Assembly: GCA_046581755.1 (NCBI GenBank)
Contig: JAYGFR010000147.1
Location: 1-21,319 of the forward strand
Source: Nitrospinota bacterium
GTDB taxonomy: Bacteria > UBA8248
Length of the DNA: 21,319 nt
Reading direction: 5' to 3'
The notes beneath the pieces are model-generated. The model did not search any database. It was not told the origin of the DNA and was given only the letters and a program-made list of their open reading frames with translations. Made by a program: the position numbers and the translations under genes. Below, piece by piece: positions 16,335 through 21,319 of this stretch; position 1 is the first letter of the stretch, and each line of letters opens with the position of its first letter.

Positions 16335-17971
16335 TCATGCGCCGGCCACGGAGTCGAGGAGCCGGTCCGGGTCCCGGGGCGCCTCGTCTCCGCGCCAAGC
16401 GACGTGTCCGTCCGGGCGGATGAGCGCGTGATTCCGCTCATAGAGCTTGCGCCCCTCGGGCTCATCGACCGCCACCGTATCGAGCGGCGCGCCGCGCTTG
16501 CGGGCCGCCTTTTCAAGATTCGAGGTGTCAGCGAGTCCGCCTCCAAATCGGAGCAGGGTAAAGCCCTGCCCGAAATGATCGAACAGCGCGGACCCGTCCG
16601 CCCGCCAAAAATGGGGCGCCCGGCCCCCCGGACAGGTCGTGGGGACATACCGGCTCGGATGATCCTCCGGGGGGGAGGTCCCATCCGGCACGATCAGCGG
16701 AGAGCCGTCGTAATGCGCGCCGAGCTGGACCCCGAGGGAGGCGAACTCTTCCCGGAATCCATCCAGGTGCTCCCCCACCATGGCCCTCGCGCGCTCGCCC
16801 CCGGGGGTGTCCTCCTCCAACTCCTCGGGCACGGGAATCTGGGCCACGGCGTTGGCGAAATAGCGGGACATGGTGGTGTTTCGGATAGCGATGGAGCGGC
16901 GCTCGGACTCGTAGGTGGCGAGGAGCCCATCGCCCCCCCAGCCCTGGTGGCGAGCGGCCAGCTTCCAGCCCAGGTTGGCCGCATCGTCGATTCCGGTGTT
17001 CATCCCGAAGCCGCCCGTGGGCGTGAACAGGTGAACGGCGTCGCCCGCCATGAACACCCGGCCCTCCTGGTATTTCTCGGCGACCAGCGCGAGGCCCGCC
17101 ATCCAGCCTTTTTTCAAGAGGATTTTGAACGGGACATCCGCCCCCAGTGCCCGACGGATAAGGTCTTCGGCGTCGACCTCGTTTTCTGTCTTCCCCGGCG
17201 GGAGCTTGGAGAGCACCTGAAACTTCCCCTTGCCGTCGATGGCGACGAAGGCCGCGCGGGCGTCGGGGTTCACCGTCCAGAAATGAAAAGAATTGGGGGT
17301 TTTGAGGTGGTCCAGAATATCCGGCATATCGACATAGGTGGAGAGCATCCTGCCCATCATCATGTTCACGTCCTCGCTGCCCTCGCCCTCGTACCTGAAG
17401 CCGAGCGTCTGGCGGACGATGCTCCCTGCTCCGTCGCATCCGATTAGATGGCCGCACCGGACGGTCTCGGTCCGGCCTGAATCGGCTTCGGCAATTTCAG
17501 CCGTCACGCCGCCTTCGTCCTGCTCGAAGCGGTTCATCGCCACCCGAAGCGCACGTCCGCGGCAGGGAGGGTGTCGATGTGGGCCTTCAGGATCGCTTCC
17601 ACCATCATCTGGGAGACGCGGTGGAGGGGTTCGGGGGTGAGTATTCGATCGGGTGCGTTTTCCCGGAGGTTCTCCTCCGTGCTGGGCATTCGGATCCGCG
17701 CCAGCTCGTAGCCGATCACCCGGGTGACGTAGGTGATGTCCAGGGTGTGATCGCGGGGGAGGCCCGCATTCCGGATGCGCTCGGCGATGCCCAGCCTCCG
17801 GTAATGCTCCATGGATCGGGCATTTTGAGTGTTCCCCTGCGGATGGGCGGGCGTGGTCTTTCCCTCGTTGACGAGGAGGCAGGGCACCCCGCGCGTGGCG
17901 AGTTCGATCCCCAGCACCAGGCCGACGGGACCGCCGCCCACGATCAGGTTGGGGGTGTGGATTTCCTTCAA
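16335..17971 (-). pseudogene. FAD-dependent aromatic monooxygenase (three-domain PheA/TfdB/RebC-like), split by an apparent 1-nt frameshift near 17537-17540
   Basis: N-terminal frame has LIVGGGPVG, NARSMEHYRRLG and VSQMMVEAIL. The C-terminal frame has LIGCDGAGSIVR, GRVFMAGDAVH.FTPTGGFGMNTGIDDAANLGWKL, YESERR, PGGRAPH and LIRPDGHVAWR. TTG start with AGGAG; repaired length ~545 aa. Confidence 0.88.
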
Positions 17972-18269
17972 GGCGGACTCCTATTGAGAGAGGGATGAGA
18001 AAAATCGGAACCCAATTATCGGGCGGCGGGGCGCCATCATCCAATTTCGGCGATTGGCACCTCTTTTTATCCGCGAAATTTCCGGGGCAGGGTGCCAGCT
18101 TCTGTTTTGCGGCACAATCCGGAACGCTTTAATATGCCCGGACGAACTATGCCCGAACGATTCGGGGTCCAGCCGGGGATTTTCCGCCCCCCACACGTGG
18201 CGGCGGCCGGATAGCGGAGGTTCCGATCATCATGGCGAACAATGGCTCAGGCCGAAGGAGAACATGAAT

Positions 18270-18599
18270 ATGAGCGATTTGGCATCGAAGGAATGCGTGC
18301 CCTGCAAGGGCGGAGTTCCGCCGCTTCAGGGGGAGGAGTTAACACGCCTCCAGAACGAGCTCGGGGGCGATTGGCAGGTCATCGGCGGCCATCATCTGGA
18401 GAAGGACTACCGGTTTCCCAATTTCAGGGAGGCGCTCGACTTCACCAACAGCGTCGGCGAGCTTGCCGAGGCGCAGGGCCATCATCCGGATATTTATCTC
18501 GCCTGGGGGAAGGTGAAGGTTACTATCTGGACGCACAAGATCGACGGCCTGACCGAAAGCGATTTTGTTTTCGCTGCGAAATCGGACGCGGCCCTTTGA
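18270..18599 (+). CDS. phhB: Pterin-4-alpha-carbinolamine dehydratase
   Basis: CVPCKGG N-terminus, F.NF.EALDF.N.VGELAEAQGHHPDI, WTHKIDGLTESDF..AAK.D. AAGGAG 9 nt before ATG 18270. Confidence 0.92.
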   Translation: MSDLASKECVPCKGGVPPLQGEELTRLQNELGGDWQVIGGHHLEKDYRFPNFREALDFTNSVGELAEAQGHHPDIYLAWGKVKVTIWTHKIDGLTESDFVFAAKSDAAL

Positions 18600-18710
18600 G
18601 CGTGCTCCCTGCCCTGGATTTAAAGAATCCGGGGCAGGCGGGGCAGGGCGCTTTCCGATGCGGCCCCGCAGCGCCAGCGGCTCGCTTTCCTCCCCGATGA
18701 AGAGAGTCCG

Positions 18711-19772
18711 TTGCACATCGCGTTTTTGAACTCCTGGTACACCGATGCCGCGCGGGGAAGCGGCACGGCGGCCGCCGTATCGGGATTGGCCCGCGGGCTG
18801 GAGAGCCTGGGGCACCGGGTCACCCGGGTGGAGTCCCGCCTCCCGGCGCCGGGCCTGACCCTCCGGCGTCTTCTCTACAACGCAGAGTTCCTGTTTCGCC
18901 CGCCGGCCGAGGGATGCGATCTGCTGGTGGGTTTCGACATCGACGGATTTCTCCTGCCTGCCGCGCGGCGCCGAAATTTCGTCCTTTGCCTATTCGGGGT
19001 TTCGGCCGAGGAGATGCGCTTCGAGCGGGGATGGCCGAGGGCCTATATATGGGCGCTCTCTCGCCTGGAGGGTCGAAACGCCCGGCGCGCGGGGCGGGTG
19101 ATCGTTCCCAGCGAACACAGCCGGCGGGCGGCGATCGATGCCTACGCCCTGGAGCCCGGGAGGGTCGCCGTGGTCCCACTGGGGATCGATCTCGCCGCCT
19201 GGGACGCTCTGGCGGCATCGGCCTCAACGCGCACGGAGGCCCGCCCCACGATCCTCACCGTCGCCCGTCAATATCCCCGGAAAAATACGCGCGCGATTAT
19301 CGCCGCCCTGCCCGCGGTGCGCCGCGAGGTGCCTGGCGTTCTCCTCCGGGTGGTGGGAGGCGGGCCCATGCTCCCCGCCCTCCGCGAGCAGGCTGCCGAT
19401 CTCGGGTTGTCGGGGACGGTGGAATTTTTGGGTGCGGTTTCCGGGGACGATGCCGTGCGGCGGGAGTTTTTCCAGGCGGACGTTTTTTGCCTGCCGAGTC
19501 TTCAGGAGGGATTCGGGTTGGTGTTTCTCGAGGCGATGGCGGCGGGGCTGCCCATCGTGGCGGCGGCGGCGGGGGCCGTCCCCGAGGTGGCGCCCGATGG
19601 TGAGGCCGCGCGGCTGATCCCGCCCGGGGATGATGACGCTCTTTCGGCCGCGCTGATCGGATTGCTCAAGGATGAAGAGGGGCGGAAAAGGATGGGAGCC
19701 GCCGGAAGGGCCCGGGTGCGGCGCTACGATTGGGTGGAGGTGGCGCATTCCTTCGTTCAGTCGGTTTCCTGA
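18711..19772 (+). CDS. Glycosyltransferase family 4 (GT-B, RfaB-like)
   Basis: VIVPSEHS, VVPLGID, TVARQYPRKN, VVGGGP, ADVFCLPSLQEGFGLVFLEAMAAGLPIV (EX7E motif). Confidence 0.92.
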   Translation: MHIAFLNSWYTDAARGSGTAAAVSGLARGLESLGHRVTRVESRLPAPGLTLRRLLYNAEFLFRPPAEGCDLLVGFDIDGFLLPAARRRNFVLCLFGVSAEEMRFERGWPRAYIWALSRLEGRNARRAGRVIVPSEHSRRAAIDAYALEPGRVAVVPLGIDLAAWDALAASASTRTEARPTILTVARQYPRKNTRAIIAALPAVRREVPGVLLRVVGGGPMLPALREQAADLGLSGTVEFLGAVSGDDAVRREFFQADVFCLPSLQEGFGLVFLEAMAAGLPIVAAAAGAVPEVAPDGEAARLIPPGDDDALSAALIGLLKDEEGRKRMGAAGRARVRRYDWVEVAHSFVQSVS

Positions 19773-20272
19773 TTGTCGATCGTATGTAGCAGGACTTTAT
19801 TCATGTGGGAGAGTTTGTTGCACAGGCCGCTGGCGATATGCGAAAGGATTTTGATCGTGAGCGGCGGCGATGTATTCGACAGCGGGTTGTTCATCATTTT
19901 ATTGAGATCGAGCTGGAGAATGGCGGAAAGGCCCTTCGAGCGGATGGTGGCGGATCTTGGCTGGTTGTTGAACATGGACATTTCGCCGAAAATCTCACCC
20001 ACCTTCAGGGTTGCCACGGTGTTGGACCCGTATTTTTCATACCCTTCGAGCTGAATTTCGACCTCTCCGCTGACGATAAAGTACATTGCTTCATCGCCCA
20101 GGGAGTCTTCCTCGAATATGACTTGGCCGTCGTTGAAATTGTGCATGATCCCGTTGAGGAGCAAATCATGCCGCCCGCTTTCGGATAGTTTTTGGAAAAA
20201 TCCGGTTTTGGCGACTCGCCTGAGCAGTTCTTCTCTCTGGGCAGCAAAACGGTAACCAAAGGCGGTAGGCAT
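19757..20272 (-). CDS. Stand-alone cyclic nucleotide-binding domain protein (Crp-like sensor without HTH)
   Basis: GQVIFEEDSLGD..MYFIVSGEV, GEIFGEMSMF...PRSATI phosphate-binding cassette; 171 aa ending after the C-helix. Confidence 0.88.
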   Translation of the reverse strand: MPTAFGYRFAAQREELLRRVAKTGFFQKLSESGRHDLLLNGIMHNFNDGQVIFEEDSLGDEAMYFIVSGEVEIQLEGYEKYGSNTVATLKVGEIFGEMSMFNNQPRSATIRSKGLSAILQLDLNKMMNNPLSNTSPPLTIKILSHIASGLCNKLSHMNKVLLHTIDNQETD

Positions 20273-20807
20273 CGATTAGCCCTCTCGGCAATAAAAATAA
20301 TACAATTTAACGGAGGTCCGCTATTTTTCTTTTCGGCCTAACTATCTCATTCATAACACCCTAATTTTCCACGATCAAAATATCCAAGCCCTGAAAAAAA
20401 TATCAACCCCTCAAAATAGTATATTATATTGTATATAAATGTATTGTAATCGTACGGCGAATTCAATATTTCCCTGAACGAAAAGTGAAGTAAATACGAA
20501 AATACACCCCCTAGCCGGCAAAATTTTTTTTCGGCACCATAGAACAAATGTTTTCAAAAAGTATTGCGGGTTATCTAAAAGGTAGGTAAATTTTTACCTA
20601 ATAGAAGGGGATATATTTTTTTGTTCTAAATGGAGGAAATAATTTCCCTGGCAAGCCATTGGGTTTGTGGCCCGCAAGGGTTTTGTGCCGAATAATTGAC
20701 GGTAATCCGGTATTGGTGTTGATATCCTTGGTCCCTTGTGACCGGGTTCTCTTTATTTTGGTGAGTCCGGTTAATGCCGCTCATGCATGTGAAGATGTAT
20801 ATTGGGT

Positions 20808-20821
20808 ATCAAGAGATTGAC
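20808..20821. promoter_or_regulatory. Candidate upstream activator site (dyad TCAA-N4-TTGA) for a sigma-54 enhancer-binding protein
   Basis: ATCAAGAGATTGAC lies ~120-133 bp upstream of the predicted start, with a related box GCCGAATAATTGAC at 20687-20700. It also fits the IHF consensus (TATCAA-GAGA-TTG, 20807-20819). Confidence 0.4.
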
Positions 20822-20914
20822 GGGGGCTAAAAGTCCTGATTTTCTATGGTTTCCGTAAATCTCGACCGGAAATCAGGAAGGGTTGTGAGTCGGCTCACTT
20901 CCTTGATTCAAGGC

Positions 20915-20930
20915 TGGCATGAGGTTTGCT
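20915..20930 (+). promoter_or_regulatory. Sigma-54 (-24/-12) promoter
   Basis: TGGCAT-GAGGT-TTGCT against the consensus TGGCAC-N5-TTGCW; GG at 20916-17 and GC at 20928-29 are correctly spaced. Confidence 0.75.
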
Positions 20931-21106
20931 CTATTTAATAACAATGCTGGCTGGCTCTCATCCCATTTCGCGGATGGAACGGGAGGCAAGGATATCACGG
21001 GTGTTTATTTAGCCCAAGGAAAAGGTTTTGAAGGGTAAGGAGATTTCAGGGTAATATTGTGTACAGCTAGTCTTCTTCCCTAACGATCAGTGGGGTGGGA
21101 GGATGT

Positions 21107-21151
21107 CCGGGGGAACGGAGCGAGGGCGTAGCCTGAGCGCGGTTCCCCCGG
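21107..21151 (+). other. Structured hairpin in the IS leader
   Basis: CCGGGGGAAC (21107-16) pairs with GTTCCCCCGG (21142-51). It encloses a purine-rich internal loop and a GGGC-GTA-GCCT apical stem. Confidence 0.65.
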
Positions 21152-21177
21152 CCCCCGCCCGCGGGGGGGAAGCGAGT

Positions 21178-21319
21178 GTGACCGTTGCCGAGAAGAAGGT
21201 GGTTCGAGGGCGCCTGAGCGCCTTGCAGCTGGCGGAAGCCTTGGGGAACGTGTCCGAGGCCTGCCGAAGGCGGGGCATGAGCCGCACCCAGTTCTACGAG
21301 TACAAACGGCGTTTCCAGA
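21178..21319 (+). CDS. IS481-family transposase, N-terminal HTH (partial; absent from the ORF track)
   Basis: GTG 21178 (or in-frame ATG 21103) gives TVAEKKVVRGRLSALQLAEALGNVSEACRRRGMSRTQFYEYKRRFQ, a typical IS481 HTH. Confidence 0.85.
   Translation, partial: MTVAEKKVVRGRLSALQLAEALGNVSEACRRRGMSRTQFYEYKRRFQ

Larger units (their letters stand above)
21055..21319 (+). mobile_element. IS481-family insertion sequence, left part (runs off the window)
   Basis: Abrupt AT-to-GC shift. Candidate terminus at 21055-21058 (TATTGTGTACAGC; IS481 ends typically begin TGT), followed by a transposase N-terminus. The exact end cannot be fixed without the right inverted repeat. Confidence 0.75.

Noticed and set aside
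2689..17447. Long antisense or alternate-frame ORFs (e.g. 2689-3870, 5401-6912, 8735-9781, 11515-12957, 12087-13556, 14858-16267, 16314-17447)
   Set aside because: They overlap well-supported genes, carry no recognisable motifs, and are the expected stop-poor shadows of high-GC coding DNA.
18054..18075. TTGGCAC as a sigma-54 -24 box upstream of the dehydratase
   Set aside because: There is no GC at the -12 position (TTTAT instead of TTGC).
20347..20547. 66-aa minus-strand ORF in AT-rich DNA
   Set aside because: Its F/Y/I-rich composition simply mirrors the AT content, and it has no motif; more likely promoter DNA.
20687..20694. GCCGAATA as a sigma-28 -10 box
   Set aside because: No TAAA -35 element at the required ~15-nt spacing.
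1..21319. CRISPR array, tRNA/rRNA, prophage or defence genes
   Set aside because: No regularly spaced repeats, tRNA-like motifs, or phage, Cas, RT or nuclease signatures were seen.

Overview
Bacterial window with a GC-rich metabolic block (~1.7-19.8 kb) between visibly more AT-rich signalling segments. Left end: a PilZ-like ORF with an in-frame TAG, an atypical single-domain response regulator and a frameshifted HDOD gene. Centre: an SCO copper chaperone, phosphonoacetate hydrolase (phnA), a truncated SAM methyltransferase, an acyl-CoA dehydrogenase with an ADP-forming acyl-CoA ligase, and a five-gene Opp/Dpp-type ABC importer. These converge on an operon encoding a divergent LeuC/LeuD-type hydratase and an ICL/PEP-mutase-family lyase. 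Next come a frameshifted FAD aromatic monooxygenase, a pterin-4a-carbinolamine dehydratase and a GT4 glycosyltransferase. Right end: a stand-alone cNMP-binding protein, ~800 bp of AT-rich regulatory DNA with a clear sigma-54 promoter and a GGA-rich leader, and the start of an IS481-family element. The best candidates for new biology are (i) a possible organophosphonate or substituted-malate catabolic pathway, which is inferred only, and (ii) the orphaned sigma-54/GGA-rich leader or sRNA cut by IS481. All family calls come from reading motifs by eye; no searches were run.
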